A stretch of DNA of 64,000 nucleotides. Source: Minisyncoccota bacterium (lineage in GTDB: Bacteria > Patescibacteriota > Minisyncoccia > Phycocordibacterales > UBA9973). Location: positions 90,732 through 154,731 of the forward strand of contig JALOQM010000001.1 of NCBI GenBank assembly GCA_025453495.1, written 5' to 3'. The notes beneath the pieces are model-generated. The model was not told the DNA's origin and ran no database searches. It saw only the letters and a program-made list of their open reading frames with translations. Numbering within the stretch: the stretch's first letter is position 1; each line of letters begins with the position of its first letter. Positions 19,093-27,854 of the stretch are shown piece by piece. The translations under genes and the position numbers were made by a program.

Positions 19093-19131
19093 AAAAGAAA
19101 AACCCCTGTCAAACGACGGGGGTTTTCTTTT
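19093..19131. terminator. Bidirectional terminator
   Basis: CCCCTGTC-aaac-GACGGGGG flanked by A and T tracts. Confidence 0.75.
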
Positions 19132-19178
19132 TATATTATTACTCACTCTGAGAAACAGAAGCAGATATTACAGCAAAT

Positions 19179-20252
19179 TTATTCTACTTCTCCTGCTTCA
19201 AGAAATCGGAATACTTTTTCGGTGGTGAGTGTCGCTGTGATATACATTCGCGCTCGCATTGGATCAGCATCCTTGTAGTGTTCAAGTAGATGCTTGAGCT
19301 CATGCTCGACATCTTTTTCATCAGGGACAATCTTTTCTGTTTCAGCTATTTTTTGCACAACAAGCTGGAGCTTGGCACGCTTTTCTGCTTCTGGTAACCA
19401 TTCCTTACGGATATCTTCTTCTGTTTTCTGCATCTGCTTGAGATAGGCATCAAAGGTAAAGCCGATGTTTTCAATATCAGTCTTTAGTCGATGAAGCATT
19501 TTGTCTACTTCAGCATGCGCAAGTATCTCTGGTACATCAATCGTAGACTTTTCGATCAATGCTTCAATGATCGCCAAGCGGCGCTTTTCTTTTGCTTGGT
19601 GTTCTTTTTCAAGACGCATGTTTTCACGAATCTTCGTTTTGAAATCTTCCACGTCATTGAAACTGCCGAGTGTTTTTACAAATGCATCATCAAGTGGTGG
19701 AAGATCTGCTTCTTTTGTTTCTCCAGATTCCTCAAGCGGTGTAGATTCTGCTTGTGTACTTGCGGCTGATTCAGATTGCTCTTTTTTTGCACGCATCTTG
19801 CGTACTTCATCGACAGTCTTTTCGATATCTGCATCCGTCACAGCGACAACTTCTTCTTGTGGTGCATTCTTGGCAATTGTTTTGTAGTCAGGGAGTATCA
19901 CTTCCGGGATGACAGCAGTGACGATCTTGAATGTGAGTGGGTTACCCTTCGCAAGTTTCGTAAGCGTGATCTCTGGGTGTCCAATCGCAGAAATGTTTTC
20001 TTTCTCAAGAATATGTCCGTATGCATCAGTAACTGCGAGTTCTGCCATCTCTTCGAGTATGCGAATTTCAGGAATGTTTTTTCTGAGAATAGTTTCAGGT
20101 ACTTTACCTTTTCGAAAACCAGAAATCTCAGCATGCTCACCAAGATGTGTGAGTGCCTTTGCTTCATACTCAGAAAATGTCTCCGCGTCGATCTCTGCTA
20201 TTATCTCAACTCTGCTCTTATCGAGCTTTTTTACTTCGCTTGTAGTATTCAT
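19179..20252 (-). CDS. tig: Trigger factor lacking the FKBP/PPIase domain
   Basis: GFRKGKVP ribosome-binding motif; C-terminal domain (LPPLDDAFVK); only 357 aa. Confidence 0.9.
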   Translation of the reverse strand: MNTTSEVKKLDKSRVEIIAEIDAETFSEYEAKALTHLGEHAEISGFRKGKVPETILRKNIPEIRILEEMAELAVTDAYGHILEKENISAIGHPEITLTKLAKGNPLTFKIVTAVIPEVILPDYKTIAKNAPQEEVVAVTDADIEKTVDEVRKMRAKKEQSESAASTQAESTPLEESGETKEADLPPLDDAFVKTLGSFNDVEDFKTKIRENMRLEKEHQAKEKRRLAIIEALIEKSTIDVPEILAHAEVDKMLHRLKTDIENIGFTFDAYLKQMQKTEEDIRKEWLPEAEKRAKLQLVVQKIAETEKIVPDEKDVEHELKHLLEHYKDADPMRARMYITATLTTEKVFRFLEAGEVE

Positions 20253-20839
20253 TAGTTTTCAAGTTTTGGCGCGTATTCTTTGTGATATCGCTCCGTACAC
20301 TCTTTAATAACTTGTATCGCTTCCGCAGGGCCATGGAAGGTTTCGACGACACCGGTACCCGGCTTTTTGAGTGCTTTGTAATTCTCCCAATAATATTTAG
20401 TTTCTTTCTCCCAGTACTCACCAAGGTCAGCATACGAGGTAATGTGATCGGAACGTTTGTCGTCGTTAAGCACCGCGATAATTTTGTCATCAACTTCACC
20501 GCCGTCAATAAATTTCATCACGCCAATAACACGAGCTTCGACAAGTGAGCCTGGCACAAGCGGCTCAGTGATATTGACGATCTCAACATCAAGCGGATCG
20601 CCGTCATAATCCCAAGTCATTGGAATCGCACCGTAGGTAAACGGATAGGCGAGTGATGAATACCCGACACGATCGAGCTTGAGCTGACCGGATTCAGTAA
20701 TGAGTTCGTATTTATTAATACTTCCGGCAGATACTTCGACAATAGTGTTGATCACTCCTTTTTCTTCATCCACAAATGGAGGAAGCGCGTGCAGAAGATT
20801 GAGCATATACTTTGACGGTTTTGCTTTGATGTTGGCCAT
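20252..20839 (-). CDS. ppa: Inorganic pyrophosphatase (family I)
   Basis: NKYE, LDR, YPFTYG, DGDPLDV and DDKII motifs. Confidence 0.95.
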   Translation of the reverse strand: MANIKAKPSKYMLNLLHALPPFVDEEKGVINTIVEVSAGSINKYELITESGQLKLDRVGYSSLAYPFTYGAIPMTWDYDGDPLDVEIVNITEPLVPGSLVEARVIGVMKFIDGGEVDDKIIAVLNDDKRSDHITSYADLGEYWEKETKYYWENYKALKKPGTGVVETFHGPAEAIQVIKECTERYHKEYAPKLEN

Positions 20840-20952
20840 ATAGTTTTTATATAGATATAGTTAATAATACAAACAAAGAGAGTGAGGCTTCTTATAGCAA
20901 GTCGAGTGCATATGACACAGATACTTACTTTTTAAATGAGGACTGCTACTAA

Positions 20953-22209
20953 CTACGAAGCTGTTTCTTCTGTTGATTCCTCGGCGGATTTTTCTTCTGT
21001 AAGTGTTTGAGGGTCAGCAGTATTCTCTAGAGCTGTCTCAGTCGCGTCAATCTCTTCTTCAGACATTTCTTCTTCATCAGCACCGATTGTCTCATCGGCT
21101 GCAATGCCTTTGATGTCAATTCTCCAGCCAGTCAATTTCGCTGCGAGACGCACATTTTGTCCGCCTTTACCAATAGCAAGCGAGAGTTGGTCATCAGCAA
21201 CATCGATTGCTGCTTTCTTTTCTTCTTCGTTAATATCAATATTGAGGACACGAGCTGGCGAGAGAGAGCTTGCGACAAATGTTGTCGGATCTTCTGACCA
21301 CGGGATAATGTCTATCTTTTCACCAGCGAGTTCATTCATGACAGTCGTAACTCGCACGCCACGCTGACCGACACATGCGCCGACAGGATCGACATTTTCA
21401 TCATGTGACATAACGGCAATCTTTGAACGTGAACCTGGTTCACGCGCGATACTTTTGATCTCGACAGTACCACTTGCGATTTCTGGTGCTTCAAGCGCAA
21501 ATAGTTTTTCGATAAATTTTGGATGGGTGCGAGAGAGACGCAAGTTGATGCCGCGTGGTGTCTCTTCGACACGATACAAGTATGCGCGAATGCGCTCACC
21601 ACGTGCATAGCGCTCACCAGGGATTTGCTCTTCATATGGAAGCACACCTGTCGCACGTGCAAAATCTATAAACACATTGCCACGCTCGATTTTTTGGATA
21701 AATCCATTTATAATCTGCCCTTCTTTGTCACCATATTCACCAAGGATAGACTCGCGCTCAGCTTCTCGAATCTTCTGGATAATAACTTGCTTTGCGGTCT
21801 GCGCAGCGATGCGACCATAGTCATCTTTTGCTTCAAGTGGAAAAACAATTTCGTCCTCAAGCTGTACATCTTTTTTTATTTTCTTGGCATCTTCAAGAAG
21901 GATATGGTGTTCGGGATTGAAACGAGAGCGCTCATCTCCTTCGATAACTGGTTCTTCTTCAGATTCTTCTTCGCCTTCCTCAGGAATACGTACAATGGAT
22001 TCATCAACAACAATTTTTACTTGGAAAAAATCAGTACCTCCGGTTTCAGTATCGAACTTTGCTCGAACAATCTGTCCTTTCTTACCGTAATCTTTTTTAT
22101 AAGCGGCTGCGAGTGCCTGCTCAATAGCTTCAAATATCTTTTCTTTCGGTATTTTGCGCTCTTCTTCAAGTTGCTCAAGCGCTGATTTCATTATTTTTAG
22201 GTCTAACAT
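20953..22209 (-). CDS. nusA: Transcription elongation factor NusA
   Basis: GRIAAQTAKQV, AREPGSRSKIAV and SLAIGKGGQNVRLAAKLTGWRIDI motifs; start MLDLK. Confidence 0.97.
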   Translation of the reverse strand: MLDLKIMKSALEQLEEERKIPKEKIFEAIEQALAAAYKKDYGKKGQIVRAKFDTETGGTDFFQVKIVVDESIVRIPEEGEEESEEEPVIEGDERSRFNPEHHILLEDAKKIKKDVQLEDEIVFPLEAKDDYGRIAAQTAKQVIIQKIREAERESILGEYGDKEGQIINGFIQKIERGNVFIDFARATGVLPYEEQIPGERYARGERIRAYLYRVEETPRGINLRLSRTHPKFIEKLFALEAPEIASGTVEIKSIAREPGSRSKIAVMSHDENVDPVGACVGQRGVRVTTVMNELAGEKIDIIPWSEDPTTFVASSLSPARVLNIDINEEEKKAAIDVADDQLSLAIGKGGQNVRLAAKLTGWRIDIKGIAADETIGADEEEMSEEEIDATETALENTADPQTLTEEKSAEESTEETAS

Positions 22210-22313
22210 ATATTCTGTTTTAGTTATTAAGTTTTTTGTAAAAAAGAAAATCCGTTTCGCGACGGACTTTACTTCCTCAATATACTGTCTCAAGAGTGAT
22301 AAGTCAAACGACC

Positions 22314-23654
22314 TTATTGCACTGCCCAGGACCCATCAACTCCAGGATTTTTCGCCCCACGAACCTCAAAGTGCAAGTGCGCACCAGTTGATCTTCCGGC
22401 ACCAAAGGTACCCGGACGACCACCGGTCGTACCGATATTTTGACCTTGTCTGACAGTATCGCCTGACTCTATAGATACCTTGGAAAGGTGTGCATAGAGC
22501 GTTTGTGTTCCGTTCGGATGTGCAATAACGATGTAATTTCCGTAACCGCCATTGTAGCCACCTGAACCACTCGCGACAACAACGGTACCACCTGCTGCTG
22601 CTCGTATTGTTGTACCGACAGAGCAACCCCAGTCAGTACCATTGTGACCATGAAGCCCTTGTGTTCTTGGACACGCAACTGGCTTTATGTAATAGCCATT
22701 TTGAGCTGGACCACCTGAACCAGGAATTACTCTTCTTGAAACAGATCCTTTTGATTTTGAGGCAGGTGGTGCTGCGGCAATAACCCCATCGGGAATAATA
22801 ATAGTATCGCCCACAATAAGCACCGCATTTGGTGCAATACCATTAAAAACAGCTATATCTCCTGCATCAGCACTGTATTTCTTGGCAAGAGAAGCCAAGG
22901 TATCACCTTTTTTAATAGTGTATTGGACACCTGTTACGGGCAAAATAACCAGGGTACGACCTTCTACGAGTGCCTGCCCTCTGGTGAGATCGTTTGCCCA
23001 AAGAATAGTATTTGTTGAGACAGAAAACATCTCAGCAATTGCCGCAACTGTGTCTCCTTTACGTACGGTATAGACACTGATTTGGTCATTTGTAGAAGTG
23101 TCAGCTACATCTGCTGCTGTGCCAAGTGGACCGCTTTCGGCAACAAGCGCTGATCCATCGACAATTTCTACAGCATCAAGTGTCTTTGCTTGAGGGTCAA
23201 TAATTGGCTTTGCTTCAAGAAGAGTGACTGTTTGTGAGTTTTCTTGATTTTCTACTGTCTCATCAGCTTGTACTGTTCCAGCTGAGAAAATACCAAATGG
23301 ATTCCAAGCATGAGTGTCTTTAGGAAGTGTCAACATGCCAAAGACTAGAAAGACGGAAAGAACCACCAAAAATACTCTGGAGTTCAAAAAAATCGATTTT
23401 TCAGTCCGGCTGCGTGAAAAAGCTTTAAAATAGCCGGATTTTGTATTGTAAGATTTGATAAGCCTAGGAAATACCGCGCAAAATAACCCCTCTTTGTTAT
23501 ACGTACTTAGAGATTTACAGGGCGACCTTTTGGAAAAGTGTCTGTAAAGAAAGTTATATTTAAGCGATTTGTTACAGTCATGCAATCGCTCCGACTCAAA
23601 AATACTCCAGAAATAAGGTGTTTTTTGATATTCGGACAGCTGTTTCAGGAACAT
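22314..23654 (-). CDS. LysM (x2) plus M23 peptidase; true start probably downstream, around 23340-23480
   Basis: YTVRKGDT and YTIKKGDTL LysM motifs; HNGTD and HLHFEVR M23 motifs. Confidence 0.9.
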   Translation of the reverse strand: MFLKQLSEYQKTPYFWSIFESERLHDCNKSLKYNFLYRHFSKRSPCKSLSTYNKEGLFCAVFPRLIKSYNTKSGYFKAFSRSRTEKSIFLNSRVFLVVLSVFLVFGMLTLPKDTHAWNPFGIFSAGTVQADETVENQENSQTVTLLEAKPIIDPQAKTLDAVEIVDGSALVAESGPLGTAADVADTSTNDQISVYTVRKGDTVAAIAEMFSVSTNTILWANDLTRGQALVEGRTLVILPVTGVQYTIKKGDTLASLAKKYSADAGDIAVFNGIAPNAVLIVGDTIIIPDGVIAAAPPASKSKGSVSRRVIPGSGGPAQNGYYIKPVACPRTQGLHGHNGTDWGCSVGTTIRAAAGGTVVVASGSGGYNGGYGNYIVIAHPNGTQTLYAHLSKVSIESGDTVRQGQNIGTTGGRPGTFGAGRSTGAHLHFEVRGAKNPGVDGSWAVQ

Positions 23655-23759
23655 TTAAAATGCTAACGCACCCTCACTGGCAAGTCAATGCCAAAAAATG
23701 CCCAGTGGGGAAAACTATATATTTGACTTTTGAGACACACTAACGAAGAATTGACTCGA

Positions 23760-25688
23760 ATGAACAAAAAAGATGAGCTCAATGTAGCGCAAAAAGAAGC
23801 AGTCCTTCACACTGAGGGGCCACTTTTGATTGTTGCCGGAGCCGGAGCTGGTAAAACAAAGACCCTTACTGCCCGAATCGCGAGCTTGATTGCCTCTGGT
23901 ACCCCGGGAGAGAGTATTTTGGCAGTCACATTTACGAATAAAGCAGCAAAAGAGATGAGAGAACGAGTAGCCGCTCTGATCAGTGCTGATCAGAGCGGCA
24001 GTATGCCATTTGTCGGTACGTTCCATTCTCTGGGTGTGCGGCTTATCCGGGACAATTCCGAGAAACTAGGTGTCACCCGGCACTTTACGATCCTCGACGA
24101 GGAAGATGCACGGTCAATCATCAAAGACTCACTTATATCCCGAGGTCTCGACCCCAAGCAATTTGAACCCCGCAAAATAAAGGCGATTATCTCCAGAAAC
24201 AAAAGCGACTTCGTTACTCGCGAGCAGTTTGCCGAAAAAACCTCCTCCTATATTGAAGAAGTGACGCATGCAGTATGGGAAGAATATGAAGCACGAAAAA
24301 AACGGGAGAACAGCCTTGATTTCGACGACCTCCTGCTTCTACCGACACTACTGCTTAAAAGTGATGCCTTTGTAAGAGAACAATATCAGCGTCTCTGGCG
24401 ACATGTTCATGTCGACGAATATCAAGACACGAACAAAGTGCAGTACACACTCGTCACACTGCTCGCTGAGAAACACAAGAATATCTGCGTGGTTGGCGAC
24501 AGCGATCAGAATATCTACAGCTGGCGCGGCGCGAACATCGAAAACATCCTACGCTTTGAACGCGACTACCCGGGGGCGAAAGTAGTGCTCCTTGAAGAAA
24601 ATTACCGTTCCACCAAAACGATCATCGAGGCGGCAAATGAAGTGATCAAAAAAAATGCAGTTCGTATCCCAAAAAATCTCTTCACCAACAACAAAGAGGG
24701 AGAAAAAATTTCACTCTTTGAAGCCTGGAACGAAGAAGATGAGGCGCGTTTTGTCGCACGCACTGCTGACCGTCTGATCCAAGAAGGGGCACAACCAAAT
24801 AACATCACAGTTCTCTATCGCGCCAATTTCCAATCACGCGTACTTGAAGAAGCATTTCTGATGGCAAATGTCCCGTATCAAGTGCTCGGAACGAAATTTT
24901 TCGACCGCAAAGAAATCAAAGATGTCATATCCTATATCAAGGCTGCACTCAACCGCGAAAGCCTTGCTGATGTGAAACGCATCATCAATACCCCAGCGCG
25001 TGGTATTGGTAAAACCACGATTGCAAAACTATTTGCTAATCAATTTGGTGAATTACCAGCTACCATGCAAAAAAAGATCAATGGATTTTATGCAGTACTT
25101 GCAGAAATAAAAGAAGCGGTAGAAACAACGAAACCCTCCGAGGCGATAAAATTCCTCATCAAAAAGACTGGTATCGAGGAAGTACTTGCAACTGGCAGTG
25201 AGGAAGACAAAGAGCGACTTGAAAATATCAAAGAATTGGTAACGCTCGCAACGCGCTATGACCCGCTTGAAGGAATGGAAGGTGTCGAAAAACTACTTGA
25301 AGACGCAGCACTTGCGAGTGAACAAGATTCGCTTGAGGAAAAAAAAGAAAAAATCGGCGTGAAGCTCATGACCGTGCATACATCAAAAGGGTTGGAATTT
25401 CCACATGTGTTTGTCGTTGGTCTTGAACAAGGACTCTTTCCGCACGACCGCATGGATACACAAAAAACAAAAGATGAAGATGAAGAAGAACGCAGGCTTT
25501 TTTATGTCGCACTTACTCGCGCCCGAGAAAAAGTATATCTCTCATGGGCAAACATGCGTACCATATTTGGTATGAAGCAAGTAAACACGCCAAGCGAATT
25601 TCTTTACGATATTCCTGAGCAACTGATTGAAAGAAAAGAACGTGAGCACGAAAATGAATTTGGAGGGAAAGTGATTTATTTAGATTAA
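23760..25688 (+). CDS. pcrA: UvrD/PcrA SF1 DNA helicase
   Basis: AGAGAGKT, VDEYQDTN, VGDSDQNIYSWRGA and EERRLFYVALTRA motifs. Confidence 0.95.
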   Translation: MNKKDELNVAQKEAVLHTEGPLLIVAGAGAGKTKTLTARIASLIASGTPGESILAVTFTNKAAKEMRERVAALISADQSGSMPFVGTFHSLGVRLIRDNSEKLGVTRHFTILDEEDARSIIKDSLISRGLDPKQFEPRKIKAIISRNKSDFVTREQFAEKTSSYIEEVTHAVWEEYEARKKRENSLDFDDLLLLPTLLLKSDAFVREQYQRLWRHVHVDEYQDTNKVQYTLVTLLAEKHKNICVVGDSDQNIYSWRGANIENILRFERDYPGAKVVLLEENYRSTKTIIEAANEVIKKNAVRIPKNLFTNNKEGEKISLFEAWNEEDEARFVARTADRLIQEGAQPNNITVLYRANFQSRVLEEAFLMANVPYQVLGTKFFDRKEIKDVISYIKAALNRESLADVKRIINTPARGIGKTTIAKLFANQFGELPATMQKKINGFYAVLAEIKEAVETTKPSEAIKFLIKKTGIEEVLATGSEEDKERLENIKELVTLATRYDPLEGMEGVEKLLEDAALASEQDSLEEKKEKIGVKLMTVHTSKGLEFPHVFVVGLEQGLFPHDRMDTQKTKDEDEEERRLFYVALTRAREKVYLSWANMRTIFGMKQVNTPSEFLYDIPEQLIERKEREHENEFGGKVIYLD

Positions 25689-25714
25689 CTTTACCTGACA
25701 TATCTATACTTTCA

Positions 25715-25735
25715 TTCCAAGGTTAAACCTTGGAA
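25715..25735. promoter_or_regulatory. Operator-like palindrome upstream of rsmA
   Basis: TTCCAAGGTT-A-AACCTTGGAA lies between TATACT (25705-25710) and the ATG. Confidence 0.45.
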
Positions 25736-25742
25736 ATAAAAC

Positions 25743-26531
25743 ATGAAGCACATACGACCAAAAAAATCTCTTGGACAGAATTTCCTAAAGTCACACACTG
25801 CGCTCACGCAGATTATCGCTGCTGGAAAATTAAATAAAAAAGATGTCGTGCTTGAAATTGGTCCCGGCAAAGGCGCGCTCACAGAAAAATTACTCGAGCA
25901 CGCGGGTACAGTTATCGCAATAGAAAAAGATACTAATTTGTTTGTCTATCTTTCCGAGAAATTCTCTGACGAGATACAAGAAGGTACGTTCATCTTACTC
26001 AACGATGACATACTTGATTTTTCATTTTCGAACTACAAAATACGAGAGACAAAATACAAACTCATTGCCAACATACCTTACAACATTACCGGTGCAATTC
26101 TTCGAAAATTTCTCTCATTAGAGACGCAACCAGAAAAAATGGTGCTTCTTGTCCAAAAAGAAGTCGCTGAGCGTATCGTCGCTCGTGACAGGAAAGAAAG
26201 CATTCTTTCTATTTCTGTCAAAGCATATGGTACACCGAAATATATTGCCAAAGTACCAGCGCGGTATTTTTCACCGGCACCCAAAGTAGACTCAGCAATC
26301 ATCTCTATTGAAAATATTTCAAAAGCACACTTCGCAAGCATTAAAGAGGAAAGTCACTTTTTTGAACTTCTCCGCGCTGGATTCGCTCACAAACGCAAGC
26401 TTCTTACGAGCAATCTCTCACATCTTGGTATTAATACAAAAACAGTACTCATCGAGTGTAGTATTTCGACACAAGCACGAGCTGAGAATCTGACACTTAA
26501 GCATTGGATTTGCCTCTCAAAGAAGCTATAA
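25743..26531 (+). CDS. rsmA: 16S rRNA m6,2A dimethyltransferase
   Basis: KKSLGQNFL, EIGPGKG, ANIPYNIT and FSPAPKVDS motifs. Confidence 0.97.
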   Translation: MKHIRPKKSLGQNFLKSHTALTQIIAAGKLNKKDVVLEIGPGKGALTEKLLEHAGTVIAIEKDTNLFVYLSEKFSDEIQEGTFILLNDDILDFSFSNYKIRETKYKLIANIPYNITGAILRKFLSLETQPEKMVLLVQKEVAERIVARDRKESILSISVKAYGTPKYIAKVPARYFSPAPKVDSAIISIENISKAHFASIKEESHFFELLRAGFAHKRKLLTSNLSHLGINTKTVLIECSISTQARAENLTLKHWICLSKKL

Positions 26532-26538
26532 TATTTGT

Positions 26539-26901
26539 ATGAAGTATTGTATTTTCTTTTTTTCGATTACACTCTTTTCTTTCTTCTTCGCTGCACATAT
26601 CTCGTTTGCCGCACTCGGGACAATGCGCTCATTCGGCGGAAGAGTGATAAGTACGACGACACCAGGTATTACTTGCGGAGCACAATACGGCATGATGAGT
26701 ATTCAGCCTGTCGGAGTATTTCCAGCAACAGGCTATACCATCACTGCAACCACTCAGTCTGTTAATCCTGGAGGTTGGATTTTGGGACTCTACAACGCGA
26801 CACCCACAACTGGTATTTGTTATACCAACACTGCTCCACCAATCCCTGTGCCTTCATTTAACATACTTAAATTTAGCACCTCAAAACCTTCTCTTTTTTA
26901 A
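26539..26901 (+). CDS. Small secreted hypothetical protein
   Basis: Signal peptide ending ISFA-A, SFGGRV and two Cys; follows rsmA by 7 nt. Confidence 0.7.
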   Translation: MKYCIFFFSITLFSFFFAAHISFAALGTMRSFGGRVISTTTPGITCGAQYGMMSIQPVGVFPATGYTITATTQSVNPGGWILGLYNATPTTGICYTNTAPPIPVPSFNILKFSTSKPSLF

Positions 26902-26912
26902 TTTTTTAAATT

Positions 26913-27854
26913 ATGAAACAAAGCGTAATTGAGAGATATCGAAAATACTTACCAAGCAAGCGATTTATTAGTATCACCATCTCAGTATTTGGAGTGTTGG
27001 CACTTATTCTTCTTGGGAGAGAATTTTTTAGTGGAAGAAAAAAAATAAGCGGCGATACCGAAAATACTTCTGCTTCTAATGGCACACTGATCTCAATCAG
27101 CGAACTTGCCGAGAACGACCGCGACAAAGATGGCGTCGCAGATTGGGAGGAAGCGCTCTGGGGCACCGATCCTAACAATACTGATAGCGATGGTAATGGA
27201 ATAAGTGACAAAGTTGAGATTGATGGAAAAAAAAATACTCTTACTCTTTCTTCTGCAGAACAATCAACCGAGGCACTTGATGAAACAGAAGCTTTTTCTC
27301 GTGAATTGTTTATTTCAATTAGTGCACTAAAAGAATCAGGTAATCTCAATGAACAATCAATACGCGACCTTGCGGAAACTATCAGCCAAAACGCAGGTGA
27401 AAAAGAATTCATTACGCCAGTCTATACAAAGGACTCAATACAAACAACAAATGAGGCAAAGGTAGCTGTCACAAACTATCATTCTGCCCTGCTTACCGTT
27501 TTGAAGCGCTATGACGAGAGCGGTATTGGCACTGAGCTCTCAAGTATAGAGGCTGCGCTATCTACAGAAGACCAATCTACTATTACAGATATTGAAAATA
27601 TCGCCAAAAAATACCAATCGCTTGCAAAAGACCTTATAGGCATAACAGTACCTTCTGCGATAGTAGACACCCATCTAGAGCTTGCAAACAGTGCATCTGG
27701 TATTAGTGTCTCACTTACAAACACTGCAAAACTGTTTGACAACGCCATGCTCGGTTTGATTGGTATCTCACAATACGAGAAACAAAGCTCTGTATTTGAC
27801 ACTACATTCTCAAAACTACAAGAGTATTTTAAATCGCATGGTATACTCAAATAA
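26913..27854 (+). CDS. Membrane-anchored protein with a TSP3-like Ca-binding repeat
   Basis: N-terminal TM; DRDKDGVADWEEALWGTDPNNTDSDGNGISD. Confidence 0.8.
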   Translation: MKQSVIERYRKYLPSKRFISITISVFGVLALILLGREFFSGRKKISGDTENTSASNGTLISISELAENDRDKDGVADWEEALWGTDPNNTDSDGNGISDKVEIDGKKNTLTLSSAEQSTEALDETEAFSRELFISISALKESGNLNEQSIRDLAETISQNAGEKEFITPVYTKDSIQTTNEAKVAVTNYHSALLTVLKRYDESGIGTELSSIEAALSTEDQSTITDIENIAKKYQSLAKDLIGITVPSAIVDTHLELANSASGISVSLTNTAKLFDNAMLGLIGISQYEKQSSVFDTTFSKLQEYFKSHGILK

